A stretch of DNA of 55,181 bases from Candidatus Magasanikiibacteriota bacterium (lineage in GTDB: Bacteria > Patescibacteriota > Patescibacteriia > Magasanikbacterales > GWA2-37-8). Shown here in pieces: positions 15,971 through 25,787 of the stretch (position 1 is its first letter; every line of letters begins with the position of its first letter). Below the pieces are notes generated by a model. That model saw nothing but the letters and a program-made list of their open reading frames with translations, did not search any database and had not been told where the DNA came from. The stretch covers positions 1 to 55,181 of the forward strand of contig JBAYIZ010000007.1 in assembly GCA_041665405.1 (NCBI GenBank), written 5' to 3'. Both the position numbers and the translations under genes were made by a program.

Positions 15971-16666
15971 TTAAATTTTCTCAAATAAAGGCTTATAGAT
16001 ATCTTCTTTGATGTCTATTTTTAATTCATTACGATTGATTGTGTTGATGAATTCAATTGTGGCGCCCCTAATTACGCAGAGTGGTTGTTTTTCAGAACCT
16101 TCGCCCATCGTAAAAACCGCCGAGGTAGCCAAACTGTCCGCAACATCAGTTTTGGAGTATTTAAATGGGCGACCAAATAAGTCTAGTTTGCCAATATAGT
16201 TTTTTATCCCTTTGAAACCGGCATAGCCTAGAGCTACTCCGACTACTCCAGCTCGCAAAGGTAGTAGGCGACTGTCAGATACAATCACGCCCAGTTGTTT
16301 TAATTTATTTTTTTTCATCAAGTAGGTTCGAATCTTTTTAGCTGATTCGAAACTATCTTTTGGTAACAGAATTGTTTTGCCATTTGCGTTACTTTCGTCT
16401 ACACCTGCATTGGCCAACACGTCGCCATCTTTTATAGTCAGCCAAACATATTTTGTTTTCATTGCCCAGTCACTTTCTGCTTTGATTATAGTATCTTTTT
16501 CTTTTTCATTTTTTACAATGCAAAATCTACCTTCGGACAAAGCGACAATCTTGGAGGTCACGACTACCACATCTTTGTTTTTCAATTTTGGTAAATATTT
16601 ATCTAAAAAAACGAACAAATCGCCGTTTTCTTTAAACAGTTGGGTTTTGATTGGTTGTACTAACAT
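15971..16666 (-). CDS. CofE-like (F420-0:gamma-glutamyl ligase family) protein
   Basis: 231 aa. VVVTSKIVALSEGR and NAGVDESNA resemble the family motifs. Confidence 0.6.
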   Translation of the reverse strand: MLVQPIKTQLFKENGDLFVFLDKYLPKLKNKDVVVVTSKIVALSEGRFCIVKNEKEKDTIIKAESDWAMKTKYVWLTIKDGDVLANAGVDESNANGKTILLPKDSFESAKKIRTYLMKKNKLKQLGVIVSDSRLLPLRAGVVGVALGYAGFKGIKNYIGKLDLFGRPFKYSKTDVADSLATSAVFTMGEGSEKQPLCVIRGATIEFINTINRNELKIDIKEDIYKPLFEKI

Positions 16667-17315
16667 AATTTCTTCCTCTTAATAAGCGAATACCAATATA
16701 ACTTAGTGGTGTGTAGAACAACCCCATGACTACCTTGTATATCCACCAAGGAATAATGATTAGCAGTAATGTTTTAAGTGGATATACTCCGTAAAAAGCC
16801 ACAAACATGAAAATGACAGTATCTAGAAATTGTGACCAAACATTGGAAAGATTGGATCTGACCCAAAAATATTTACCACCAAGATTAGTTTTTTGTTTGA
16901 AGAAGAAGAAAGAAATGACATCTTGATATTCGCCAATGGCATAGGCTAATAATGATGCAATAGAGATGCGGGCGGACAACCCAAAAATTTCGTTGTAGCT
17001 GTCTTTCATCCATAGAGCTTGCGACCCCCAAGGAACTATAGTAGATATGGCACTATATATTAAAAATAAGGCCACACTAAGAATACCAGTCAAAACAAAC
17101 ATGCGAGCCGTTTTTTTACCGTAAACTTCGCCCACTACGTCGGTTGTCAAAAATACAAACGGGAAATAAAATACGGCCACCGATAATTGAGTGCCAAATA
17201 CAAAAGGCATAAGTTTGGAGCCAATGGTGTTGGAAGCAAACAAAGAAACTATATATATAGTTAGTACGATTGCTAATTTAAGCGAAAATTCTACTTTTTC
17301 TTCATTATTAATCAT
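16632..17315 (-). CDS. YhhQ/VUT-family (queuosine precursor) transporter
   Basis: 227 aa, multi-TM, FLDTVIF motif. Confidence 0.65.
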   Translation of the reverse strand: MINNEEKVEFSLKLAIVLTIYIVSLFASNTIGSKLMPFVFGTQLSVAVFYFPFVFLTTDVVGEVYGKKTARMFVLTGILSVALFLIYSAISTIVPWGSQALWMKDSYNEIFGLSARISIASLLAYAIGEYQDVISFFFFKQKTNLGGKYFWVRSNLSNVWSQFLDTVIFMFVAFYGVYPLKTLLLIIIPWWIYKVVMGLFYTPLSYIGIRLLRGRNYVSTTNQNPTV

Positions 17316-18142
17316 AATATTTTTTTGGTAATTTCGTTTATAAAACTAAAGTCGTTATTTTCTGTAATTATAATATCGAATTTTTTATTAAACTTACTTT
17401 CATCTTCTTTTTCGTTGGCAAAGCCAACGGTGAGTAAATTGAGATAATCGAATCCTTCGATCATACCGAGATCATCTATTTGATCACCCAACAAAATGAC
17501 ATTAGTTCTTTCCCTAAGTTCATTAAAGAAAGGAAATTGGCGGGTGGTTATTTCATATTTGTTTAAAGAGTGAATAATTGGTTTTTTAAAATTTGTTACA
17601 TATCCTTCGTTATCATATTCGTAATAGTTTGCCACGATATGGATGTTATTTGATAAAAGTTCGGCCAGCTCCAACTGCTTTTGTATCATATAGGCAGGTG
17701 CACCTGACATAATTACTATTGGTACCTGATATTTTTTTAGTAAATTTAAAAATTCATCTACCCCTGGTCTAAATTTGATGTTATTTTTTGCCACCACAGA
17801 ATCCATGTCGCTTTTGTTAAGTCGGCTTTGGACCAACAGCTCCATATGTTTCACCCACCACTTTTCCATTAATTTGGAGCGTTCCTCTAGGTTAATAGAT
17901 TGATCGTGTTCAAATGGTCCGTAATGTTTATACAAAGCAAATGAATCTTCTGCATAGTTTGGAGTGAGGTATCCGTCAGCGCGCAATTGTCCAATGAGTG
18001 AGTTCACTTTTTTGCCGTTTATATTTGCAGAAATAGTGAGAGTTTTATCAAAGTCAGCTAAAATATGCAGTTTTTTAGCTCCATTAGACGACATAGCGTC
18101 AACCTTTTGTTCTATCAATTCATTATTGTATGTGAGTCCCAT
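17312..18142 (-). CDS. HAD-superfamily hydrolase (UMPH-1-like 5-prime-nucleotidase type)
   Basis: ILADFDKTLT (DxDxT) and later GDQIDD. Confidence 0.6.
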   Translation of the reverse strand: MGLTYNNELIEQKVDAMSSNGAKKLHILADFDKTLTISANINGKKVNSLIGQLRADGYLTPNYAEDSFALYKHYGPFEHDQSINLEERSKLMEKWWVKHMELLVQSRLNKSDMDSVVAKNNIKFRPGVDEFLNLLKKYQVPIVIMSGAPAYMIQKQLELAELLSNNIHIVANYYEYDNEGYVTNFKKPIIHSLNKYEITTRQFPFFNELRERTNVILLGDQIDDLGMIEGFDYLNLLTVGFANEKEDESKFNKKFDIIITENNDFSFINEITKKIL

Positions 18143-18240
18143 AGAAGTATCATACGAATGTATCTAAGGTAGTATTATTTGATGAATAAGTCAATATTCG
18201 CGTGTCTGATAAAAATATTTATAGTATGGATATACAAATA

Positions 18241-18269
18241 AAAAAAATCCGCTTATTCGGCGGATTTTT
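18241..18269 (-). terminator. Intrinsic terminator of the small basic ORF
   Basis: Minus strand reads AAAAATCCGCCGAATAAGCGGATTTTTTT. Confidence 0.8.
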
Positions 18270-18277
18270 AGTGAGAA

Positions 18278-18352
18278 CTATCTCTTCTTTTTCTTAGCAA
18301 CTTTCTTTTTCTTAGCAACTTTCTTTTTTGCCTTTTTAACTTTCTTTGCCAT
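18278..18352 (-). CDS. 24-aa Lys-rich peptide MAKKVKKAKKKVAKKKKVAKKKKR (below the ORF-track cutoff)
   Basis: ATG is preceded by AGGAGGTG with 7-nt spacing. TAG stop. Own terminator 9 nt downstream. Contains a 19-nt tandem duplication. Confidence 0.6.
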   Translation of the reverse strand: MAKKVKKAKKKVAKKKKVAKKKKR

Positions 18353-18675
18353 ATGATTTTCACCTCCTGTTTTACTCTCATTAAGTTGAGAGCAATTAAT
18401 TTTTCCTACTCGCGAGTGCGAGAAAAAATTTTTTAGAAGTACTTTTTACAAGACAAGCATTGTTGTAAAAAATATTTTCTTCGACCTTGTATATATTATA
18501 GAGCCTTTTGCTAAAAAATGAAATAGTGTCAAGCAAAGTTATGCACAGGTGAGCGATAAAATTATTTTTATTAAATATAAACATAGTATATGTAAAATAA
18601 TTATTATCATTATATTTTTGAGTTATAAATATATTTTTGATAAATAATGTAGTTAGATATTGATATGTAAAATTT

Positions 18676-18705
18676 AATAAAAAATAACACTTCAAGTGTT
18701 ATTCT
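18676..18705 (-). terminator. Intrinsic terminator after the rnc-tRNA unit
   Basis: Minus strand reads AATAACACTTGAAGTGTTATT followed by a T-run. Confidence 0.7.
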
Positions 18706-18709
18706 TTTG

Positions 18710-18781
18710 TGCCCTCGGCAGGAGTCGAACCCACATTCCCAGGTTCGAAGCCTGGTGTCCTATCCGTTGAACGACAAGGGC
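18710..18781 (-). tRNA. tRNA-Arg (anticodon UCG)
   Basis: Reverse complement folds with acceptor GCCCTTG/CGAGGGC, anticodon stem CCAGG/CCTGG, loop CTTCGAA and T-loop GGTTCGACTCC. Confidence 0.85.
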
Positions 18782-18797
18782 AGAATAAATTGTTGTG

Positions 18798-18870
18798 TGG
18801 GACGGCCGGGGATCGAACCCGGGACCTTATCCTTAAGAGGGATCTGCTCTACCAGCTGAGCTACCGTCCC
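18798..18870 (-). tRNA. tRNA-Lys (anticodon CUU)
   Basis: Reverse complement GGGACGGTAGCTCAGCTGGTAGAGC..., anticodon loop CTCTTAA, T-arm CCGGGTTCGATCCCCGG. Confidence 0.85.
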
Positions 18871-18882
18871 ATGATGGTGATC

Positions 18883-19689
18883 TTATTGAATAGGATCACC
18901 AGGTTGTCTATTCATTATATCTATTTTTGGTCCTTTCCATGCCTTGATTTTTAAAGCGGCTTCAGCGGCTTCGGTCTGTGCTTCTTGTTTGCTACTGCCT
19001 TCACCACTAGCTATCAGTTCTTTTTCTAAAAATATTCCCACTTTAAAAATTTTATCATGATCTGGACCAGTTTCTTCTAGTACACGATACGTTGGAGTAA
19101 TTCCCAAAAGCTCTTGAGATGATTCTTGAAAACGACTCTTGGCATCCATATACAAACCGTTTTCCAACACATATGGTAATTTGGAAATTACACAACCCAA
19201 GATAAATTTCTTACAGGCGTCATAACCTTGATCCATATATATGGCACCAATTAAAGATTCAAACACATTGGCCATGATATACTCACGAGCCTTGGTGCCA
19301 GCATCTTTGGATTCACCATGACTAAGGAACAAAAACTGTTCCACTTCTAGTTCGTATGCCACACTAGCGAGCATTTTGGCATTTACCAAAGCGGCGCGCC
19401 AGTTGGTCAATTCACCCTCTGGATTGCCATATTCATTGAAAAGATATTCAGTGACGACTAATTCTACCACAGCATCCCCCAAAAATTCAAGACGCTCGTT
19501 TTGTCCCAAGGGAAATTCATGATGTTCATTCAAATATGAACGATGTACAAAAGCCTGAATTAAAAATTCTATGTTGTTGAATTTTATTCCGAGTTTTTTT
19601 TCTAATAACGGAAAGTTTTTTTCTTGGACTTCCGGCATTTCGATTATTTTCATATATTGTGGTTTACTCGCTTTTCGCATAGCGCACAA
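18883..19689 (-). CDS. rnc: Ribonuclease III
   Basis: FVHRSYLNEH and ERLEFLGDAV signature plus a C-terminal dsRBD. The true start may be an internal Met (MKIIEMPEV or MPEVQ). Confidence 0.9.
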   Translation of the reverse strand: MCAMRKASKPQYMKIIEMPEVQEKNFPLLEKKLGIKFNNIEFLIQAFVHRSYLNEHHEFPLGQNERLEFLGDAVVELVVTEYLFNEYGNPEGELTNWRAALVNAKMLASVAYELEVEQFLFLSHGESKDAGTKAREYIMANVFESLIGAIYMDQGYDACKKFILGCVISKLPYVLENGLYMDAKSRFQESSQELLGITPTYRVLEETGPDHDKIFKVGIFLEKELIASGEGSSKQEAQTEAAEAALKIKAWKGPKIDIMNRQPGDPIQ

Positions 19690-19732
19690 AATTTGGGCGA
19701 CAGGCGATAAACGGGAAGTTAATAAATATAAA

Positions 19733-20179
19733 TTATTTTTTTTCTACTACAGGTTCACCATTTGGGTACATATCTTTGTATAGTGATCCCAAAACCCCGT
19801 TGACAAATTTACCTGAGGCAGGGCCGCCATAACTTTTGGCCAATTCGATAGCTTCGTTGATAGCCACCTTTGGTGGAACTTCTGGATTGAATTTCATTTC
19901 CCAGATACCGATACGCAAGATGTTGCGATCCATGACAGTAATTTTTTCTAATGGCCAGTTTGGTGCATATTTAACAATAATTTCATCGATTTCTTTGAGA
20001 TGGTCAATAATGCCGTTGATTATATCACTAGAAAACTGTTTTTCGTCCCCCAACCCCACCCCAAATTCCTTGATATTTTGGTCCAAAATAGCCGGCAGGC
20101 CAGCGCTAGGCTGTCCGCGAAAATCCCATTCAAAAATGGTTTGCATGGCGATTGAGCGAGCTAAATGGCGATTGGACAT
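19733..20179 (-). CDS. nusB: Transcription antitermination factor NusB
   Basis: 148 aa. [14 protein letters not shown] and [13 protein letters not shown]. Confidence 0.85.
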   Translation of the reverse strand: MSNRHLARSIAMQTIFEWDFRGQPSAGLPAILDQNIKEFGVGLGDEKQFSSDIINGIIDHLKEIDEIIVKYAPNWPLEKITVMDRNILRIGIWEMKFNPEVPPKVAINEAIELAKSYGGPASGKFVNGVLGSLYKDMYPNGEPVVEKK

Positions 20180-20182
20180 AGG

Positions 20183-20217
20183 AAAAAACTAAGGCCAATA
20201 GTCAAAGACTATTGGCC
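20183..20217 (-). terminator. Intrinsic terminator between rpmF and nusB
   Basis: Minus strand reads GGCCAATAGTC-TTT-GACTATTGGCC-TTAGTTTTTT, ending 4 nt before the nusB ATG. Confidence 0.65.
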
Positions 20218-20224
20218 AAAGGGA

Positions 20225-20440
20225 TTATTTCTTTTTAGTTTTGCGAACAGTGCGAGCGGCGCGTTTGGCTACATCTACAACTTGACGACCACGATATGTT
20301 CCACAAAAAGCGCAAGCGCGGTGTGGAAGGGTAGTTTTGTTGCATTTTGGACAGATAGCTGGATTGGCAGCTTTTAGTCCATGGTGAGCGGAACGTTGGC
20401 GTTTATCGCCACTGGTACGGCGATGACCAGGTAAACCCAT
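20225..20440 (-). CDS. rpmF: 50S ribosomal protein L32
   Basis: 71 aa. Basic N-terminus and CPKC...CAFCGTYRGR zinc ribbon. Confidence 0.8.
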   Translation of the reverse strand: MGLPGHRRTSGDKRQRSAHHGLKAANPAICPKCNKTTLPHRACAFCGTYRGRQVVDVAKRAARTVRKTKKK

Positions 20441-20572
20441 ATTGGTAAGATTACTGAGTAAAAAAATTAATCTAGAGTTTTCTAAATTATGTTCTTAGTA
20501 TACACTAAAAATGTGGGTTTGTAAAGGGTCAAGGTTGATTTAATCTTTGTTTTAGACTAAAATACAGTAATT

Positions 20573-21544
20573 ATGATTAAAATACGTCAAATTAAAGAAA
20601 AAAATGTTTGGGATGAGCTGAATTTAACCAAAGTTGTTCCATTTCCTCAATCTTGGCAGTGGGGCGAGATTTTGGTAGCCGAAGGTAAGGATGTGGAACG
20701 ATTGACAGTAGAAAATGATGGAAAAATATTGACGGTTGCGCAAGTAGTTTTTTTGCCGCTTATTTTTGGTTGGCGTTATGCTTTTTGTCCAAAAGGCCCA
20801 GTAGGTGATTTGAGCGAAGAGGCTCTATCAGCTTTGGCCGATTATTTTAAAAACAAAAAAATAATTTTTTGGCGAATTGAGCCAAAAGAAAAAATTGATA
20901 ATAAAAATTTGAAAAAAAGTTATGATGTGAATCCTCGCGCCACATTAATTTTGGATTTACAAAAAACCGAAGGAGAAATTTTGGAAAAAATGCACACCAA
21001 GACAAGATATAATATTCGTTTGGCACAAAAGAAAAATTTAGAAATAAAAAACGAAAAGAATTTGGATGTATTTTTGGAGCTGATGAAAAAAACAGGTAGT
21101 CGCGATAAATTTCGTTTGCATGAGACAAAACATTATCAAGAGATTATGGATTCTGATTTTAGTAAACAAATTACTATATATAGTGAGGACAAACCAATCG
21201 CGACGGCGGTGTTTATTGGCTATGGCGAAACCTTTACTTATTTGTTTGGCGCTTCTGATCATGAGTATCGTTCGCTGATGGCGCCGTATTTGTTGCAATG
21301 GGAGGGGATAAAAATGGCCAAGCAAATGGGCTATAAATTTTATGATTTTTTTGGGGTAGCACCACGAATAAATAAAGAAGGTGAATATGAATTTGATTCA
21401 AAACATCAATATGCTGGAGTGAGTAGATTCAAATATGGGTTTGGTGGGACATGCCATGAAGATTCGGGGACATTTGATTTGATAATAAGTAATTTTAAAT
21501 ACAATTTGTATACAGTCTTACGTAAAATACGGCGACTTATTTAA
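20573..21544 (+). CDS. FemAB-family peptidoglycan bridge-forming aminoacyltransferase
   Basis: 323 aa. PFPQSWQWGEI N-terminal motif is typical of the family. Confidence 0.65.
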   Translation: MIKIRQIKEKNVWDELNLTKVVPFPQSWQWGEILVAEGKDVERLTVENDGKILTVAQVVFLPLIFGWRYAFCPKGPVGDLSEEALSALADYFKNKKIIFWRIEPKEKIDNKNLKKSYDVNPRATLILDLQKTEGEILEKMHTKTRYNIRLAQKKNLEIKNEKNLDVFLELMKKTGSRDKFRLHETKHYQEIMDSDFSKQITIYSEDKPIATAVFIGYGETFTYLFGASDHEYRSLMAPYLLQWEGIKMAKQMGYKFYDFFGVAPRINKEGEYEFDSKHQYAGVSRFKYGFGGTCHEDSGTFDLIISNFKYNLYTVLRKIRRLI

Positions 21545-21574
21545 ACATGTCATCCCCGTGAAAACGGGGATTAA

Positions 21575-21646
21575 GTCCCCATAGTTTAATGGATAAAATG
21601 CTAGCCTCCGAAGCCGGCGATATGCGTTCGATTCGCATTGGGGGCA
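21575..21646 (+). tRNA. tRNA-Arg (anticodon CCG)
   Basis: Acceptor GTCCCCA/TGGGGGC, anticodon loop CTCCGAA, T-arm ATGCG-TTCGATT-CGCAT. One A-C mismatch in the anticodon stem. Confidence 0.75.
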
Positions 21647-21664
21647 CATAAAATTTTTATAATA

Positions 21665-21701
21665 TAAAAAAACGCAGATCATTATAACCTGCGTTTTTTT
21701 T
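21665..21701. terminator. Bidirectional terminator between tRNA-Arg and gyrA
   Basis: AAAAAAACGCAG-N11-CTGCGTTTTTTTT. Confidence 0.75.
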
Positions 21702-21711
21702 GTATTATTTT

Positions 21712-24700
21712 TTACAACATCGTCACACTCGTCACCTTGTCACCCTCCACTTTGAATCTCATGAGGCGCACACCTTGAGTGGCGCGACCAGAGGAGGAGA
21801 TAGATTTGAATGGCAGGCGGATAACTTGTCCATGAGTAGACATGAGTAATAGATCTTTTTCGTTGGCATCTACTATATCCACTACTTTGGCAAAAGTGAG
21901 ATTACCGGTTTTGGCAGTAATTTCGGCAGTCTTGATGCCACTACCACCACGACCCTGTACTTTATATTCTTTTAGTACAGTGCGTTTCCCAACACCGTTT
22001 TCACCCACAGTCAAAAACACTAGAGAAGTATTTTTTGGGTCCACTATATCCATACCAATCACTGAATCGCTACCCTTGAGACGCATACCACGAACACCGC
22101 CGGCAGTACGACCCATTTCGCGAACATCTTTTTCACGGAAGCGAATGGCTTGACCTTGTTTGGTGGCGATCATGATTTCATTGTTGCCGTTACTTGGTTT
22201 GACCCATTCGAGATTATCATCTGGTTTTAGTTTTAAAGCGATCAATCCATTGCGACGGACATTGGCAAAATCTTCCAGAGCGGATTTTTTGATATTGCCA
22301 CGGGTGGTTACCATTACTAAATATTTGTAGTTACTCAAATCCCCAGTACCTAATAGGGCAGTCACTTTTTCATTTGGTGCTAATTGTAAGAAGTTTACCA
22401 AGGCTTGGCCTTTGGCAGTGCGACTTGCTTGAGGAATATCATATGCCATCAGCTGGAATACACGACCACGATTGGTAAAGAATAAAATGTTATCATGTGT
22501 GCTGGTAGCCATGAGATGATCAATACACTCTTCTTCCTTGGTAGTCACACCTATCACACCTTTGCCACCACGAGATTGTTGGTGGAAAGTATCCGGAGGA
22601 AGACGTTTGATATAACCATCAGTAGTGATCATGATCACCGTTGGTTCATTTGGAATCAAATCTTCGGTGGTAAATTCTTGAACACCACGCGCGACAATTT
22701 TGGTGCGACGTTCTTCACCATATTTCGCCTTGATTTCTTCTGTTTCAACTTTTACAATATTTAAGATCTTTTTAGCTGAAGCCAAAATACTCTCCAATTC
22801 TTTAATGATCAGTCTTTTCTCTTTTAATTCATCTTCGATTTTTTGTCTTTCCAAATTAGCCAATTGTTGTAATTTCATTTCCAAAATAGCAGTCGCTTGG
22901 CGATCGCTAAATTTGAATTTTGACATCAAATTTACTTTGGCTTCTTCTTTATTTTCACTAGCGCGAATCAATTTGATAATCAAATCAATTTTATCTAGCG
23001 CCATAGATAAACCTTCCAAAATGTGGGCGCGGTCTTTGGCTTTTTCCAAATCAAATTCAGTACGACGACGCACTACCACTTGACGATGTTTGATGAATTC
23101 TTCCAAAATATTTTTCAAATTCAAAACACGTGGTTGGATGCCATCTACCAGAGCCAATAGATTGTAATGGAAAGTAGTTTGAAGATCGGTTTGTTTATAA
23201 AGTTGATTCAAGACTTTTTGTGGATAGGCGTCTTTTTTTAATTCAATTACCACACGCACACCATCTTTGTTGGATTCGTCGCGCAAGTCGCGAATGCCTT
23301 CCATTTTTTTCTCTTGGACAAGATTGGCAATTTTTTCGATCATCTCGGCCTTGTTCACCTGATATGGAACTTCGGTCACGATGATTTGGAACATGCCACT
23401 TTTTTTGGCTTCTTGAATTTCAGCCTTAGCACGAATCACTACGCCACCACGGCCGGTAGCACAAGCGGTCAAAATATCTTTTTTATTATAAATAATACCA
23501 CCAGTAGGGAAGTCTGGGCCTTTGATAATTTCGGCCAATTCTTCTACTGTAGTATCTGGTTCGGCAATGAGTTTTCCAATACCGTCACATAGCTCAGACA
23601 GGTTGTGTGGTGGTACAGAGGTAGCCATTCCGACGGCAATACCCACTGTGCCGTTCAATAGTAAGTTTGGTAATTTTGCTGGCAAAACCATTGGTTCTTT
23701 GTGTGAACCATCATAGGTAGGATTGAAATTGACAGTATTTTTTTCAATATCTAAAAGCATTTCCTCGGCGATAGTTTGTAGGCGAGCCTCAGTATAACGC
23801 ATTGCAGCCGCAGAATCCCCGTCCATTGAGTTGTGTACAAAAATTCCAGAGGCGAGTGCGAAATTGTGAGTATTATCTATAGTCAAATCAAATACATCTT
23901 CCCGAGTATTTATTTTTTCTACACTTTTTACTTTGTGATTTTTGGTAATGTCTTGTAATACACATTCCAAATTTTCTGTATAATATTTTTTGAAACCAGT
24001 ATCCCAAGAGGTAGAAGCACCATAAGGATAAATTATTTTCCTTATTTTTTCGTACAACTCTTGATTCAATGTTTGGTATCGAGTAAATGTTTCTTTGCAA
24101 ACAGTTAAAAATTTCTTTTTTCCGGTATTGTTGGTAGTGCGCTTCTTATTTGATTCGGCAATTTTATTATGGAACAGTTGTTTATATTCTGGTAATTTCC
24201 ACAGTCGTTTCAAAGTGGCAGTTGCACGTTTACTTAATTCCTCTATTTTTTCTGGATGTGCTTGAATGTATTCTTTGTTGACTCTGCTTAGAGTTTGTCT
24301 CATTTTTTCTTTGTATTCCGGATTTTGCCAGTTGGTCAAATTCCTAGATTTCATTCTTTCAACACTTTTCGCGCGATTTTCTGGATTCGCCCAAAATTCT
24401 TTGCGACCTTGTGCAATTTTTTCGCGGTAGGATTCGTCTTGGTGTTTCAATGTGGCATTATTATAATGAATTTTCCAATGTTCACCCCAATGCATGCGAG
24501 TAATATTCTCTGGGTTGTTGTTGGTTTTATCAAAATTAACGTGATGACGTACTCGTCCATCTGCTTTATTGTATTTTTTATTTGTTAAATTATAGTTGTC
24601 TGTCAGGTGATGTGCGGGTATCCATTCTTTAGTTTTGTTTTGTAATATCAATTTATAACCACGACGATTTAGTCGGTCGGTAGTTTCTGAAATCTTTTCA

Positions 24701-25353
24701 TATATTGGCATCAATGAAGTTTCGGCTTGTAAATTTTGCGCTTCCATATAACTGCCGTCACGCAACATAAACAAATGATTTGGGGTACATCTTATTTCTT
24801 CGTCGTTATCCAAAGTAATTTTTACTAGCTCGGCATTTTTTCTAGTTAAACGTGGATGTTTTATTTCGGCGATAGAAATCAAGCCAACACTATTGACAGT
24901 GTAGGTATAATTTTTTTTGCCCTGTTCAAATTCTTTTATTAAATCATCAAAACTCAAATCACGACCATCTGTTAATTTTACTTTAGTATCAATAGTAAAA
25001 CAGCCGAAGTTACCCTGGCCATCTACCAATTGATGACGCATTGAAAAATCCTGCGCCATACGCACCATAGCCTCATATATAGAAGAATCACCATGAGGAT
25101 GGTATTTGGCCATCACCTCACCGACTACGTGAGCGGATTTACGGAATTTACCAGAGTGGCGCAAGCCAATATTCCACATTGCATAAAGAATACGACGGTG
25201 CACTGGTTTGAGCCCATCGCGAACATCTGGTAACGCACGTGAAACAATTACGCTCATGGCATATTCCAAATATGAATTTTTCATTTCACTGACAATCGAG
25301 GTCTGTAAAATTTTTCCGATATCTCCTTTTGGTAGTTCAAGTTTGTTTTGCAT
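21712..25353 (-). CDS. gyrA: DNA gyrase subunit A precursor (contains an intein)
   Basis: 1213 aa. Extein blocks [15 protein letters not shown] and GNFG | [17 protein letters not shown]. The mature protein would be 822 aa. Confidence 0.95.
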   Translation of the reverse strand: MQNKLELPKGDIGKILQTSIVSEMKNSYLEYAMSVIVSRALPDVRDGLKPVHRRILYAMWNIGLRHSGKFRKSAHVVGEVMAKYHPHGDSSIYEAMVRMAQDFSMRHQLVDGQGNFGCFTIDTKVKLTDGRDLSFDDLIKEFEQGKKNYTYTVNSVGLISIAEIKHPRLTRKNAELVKITLDNDEEIRCTPNHLFMLRDGSYMEAQNLQAETSLMPIYEKISETTDRLNRRGYKLILQNKTKEWIPAHHLTDNYNLTNKKYNKADGRVRHHVNFDKTNNNPENITRMHWGEHWKIHYNNATLKHQDESYREKIAQGRKEFWANPENRAKSVERMKSRNLTNWQNPEYKEKMRQTLSRVNKEYIQAHPEKIEELSKRATATLKRLWKLPEYKQLFHNKIAESNKKRTTNNTGKKKFLTVCKETFTRYQTLNQELYEKIRKIIYPYGASTSWDTGFKKYYTENLECVLQDITKNHKVKSVEKINTREDVFDLTIDNTHNFALASGIFVHNSMDGDSAAAMRYTEARLQTIAEEMLLDIEKNTVNFNPTYDGSHKEPMVLPAKLPNLLLNGTVGIAVGMATSVPPHNLSELCDGIGKLIAEPDTTVEELAEIIKGPDFPTGGIIYNKKDILTACATGRGGVVIRAKAEIQEAKKSGMFQIIVTEVPYQVNKAEMIEKIANLVQEKKMEGIRDLRDESNKDGVRVVIELKKDAYPQKVLNQLYKQTDLQTTFHYNLLALVDGIQPRVLNLKNILEEFIKHRQVVVRRRTEFDLEKAKDRAHILEGLSMALDKIDLIIKLIRASENKEEAKVNLMSKFKFSDRQATAILEMKLQQLANLERQKIEDELKEKRLIIKELESILASAKKILNIVKVETEEIKAKYGEERRTKIVARGVQEFTTEDLIPNEPTVIMITTDGYIKRLPPDTFHQQSRGGKGVIGVTTKEEECIDHLMATSTHDNILFFTNRGRVFQLMAYDIPQASRTAKGQALVNFLQLAPNEKVTALLGTGDLSNYKYLVMVTTRGNIKKSALEDFANVRRNGLIALKLKPDDNLEWVKPSNGNNEIMIATKQGQAIRFREKDVREMGRTAGGVRGMRLKGSDSVIGMDIVDPKNTSLVFLTVGENGVGKRTVLKEYKVQGRGGSGIKTAEITAKTGNLTFAKVVDIVDANEKDLLLMSTHGQVIRLPFKSISSSGRATQGVRLMRFKVEGDKVTSVTML
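23830..25002 (-). mobile_element. Intein (391 aa) with an HNH-like endonuclease insert, within gyrA
   Basis: Residues 118-508. Starts with Cys ([10 protein letters not shown]), block B is TPNH, and it ends in FVHN followed by Ser+1. Central [30 protein letters not shown] (HNH-like) plus three W-x-(N/L)-P-E-(N/Y) repeats. Confidence 0.85.
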
Positions 25354-25355
25354 AA

Positions 25356-25784
25356 TTATCTTTTAGTGGTAGTTGTTTTATTAGTAGTGGTTGAAACAAT
25401 AGTGGAGGTAGTAGAGGTCGCGATATCGATTGTGCTGGTTGTACTGGTCACAGAAATATTTTCGATCTGTTCTTTCAAAGTTTTATTTATTAATTCTTTT
25501 ATTTGTAATTTGGTAAGTTCTTTTTGTAATTCATTTTCACGTACACTTTGAAAAGCTTGATTCCAATCGGCACCAGTTTGTTTTAAGATTTTATTTTCTT
25601 CAGTCTTGCTCCAATTAAAGGTGGATACATTTGACCATAGTGAATATCCCCAAAAAAACACGATCAGAATTCCTAATCCACCAACTCCTATCCAAAGCCA
25701 AATAGACAATTTTTTTTCTTTGGTGAGTTGTTGTTCGATGAACTGTTCGCGAATATCAATTTTACCTCCTTTTTTGGTAGGCAT
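25356..25784 (-). CDS. Hypothetical single-pass membrane protein with a Thr/Ser-rich tail
   Basis: 142 aa. One TM helix ([22 protein letters not shown]). Confidence 0.5.
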   Translation of the reverse strand: MPTKKGGKIDIREQFIEQQLTKEKKLSIWLWIGVGGLGILIVFFWGYSLWSNVSTFNWSKTEENKILKQTGADWNQAFQSVRENELQKELTKLQIKELINKTLKEQIENISVTSTTSTIDIATSTTSTIVSTTTNKTTTTKR

Positions 25785-25787
25785 ATA

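Noticed and set aside
18281-18330. Tandem 19-nt repeat as a possible CRISPR or minisatellite.
   Set aside because: There are only two adjacent copies with no spacers, and they lie inside a coding frame (KKKVAKK duplication). No CRISPR array was seen anywhere in the window.
18396-18695. 99-aa ORF in the AT-rich spacer.
   Set aside because: The translation is Asn/Ile/Phe/Tyr-rich, as expected from random AT-rich DNA. It spans the tRNA-operon terminator and the likely promoter region of the small basic ORF.
18709-18954. 81-aa + strand ORF.
   Set aside because: It is the antisense reading of two tRNA genes and the end of rnc.
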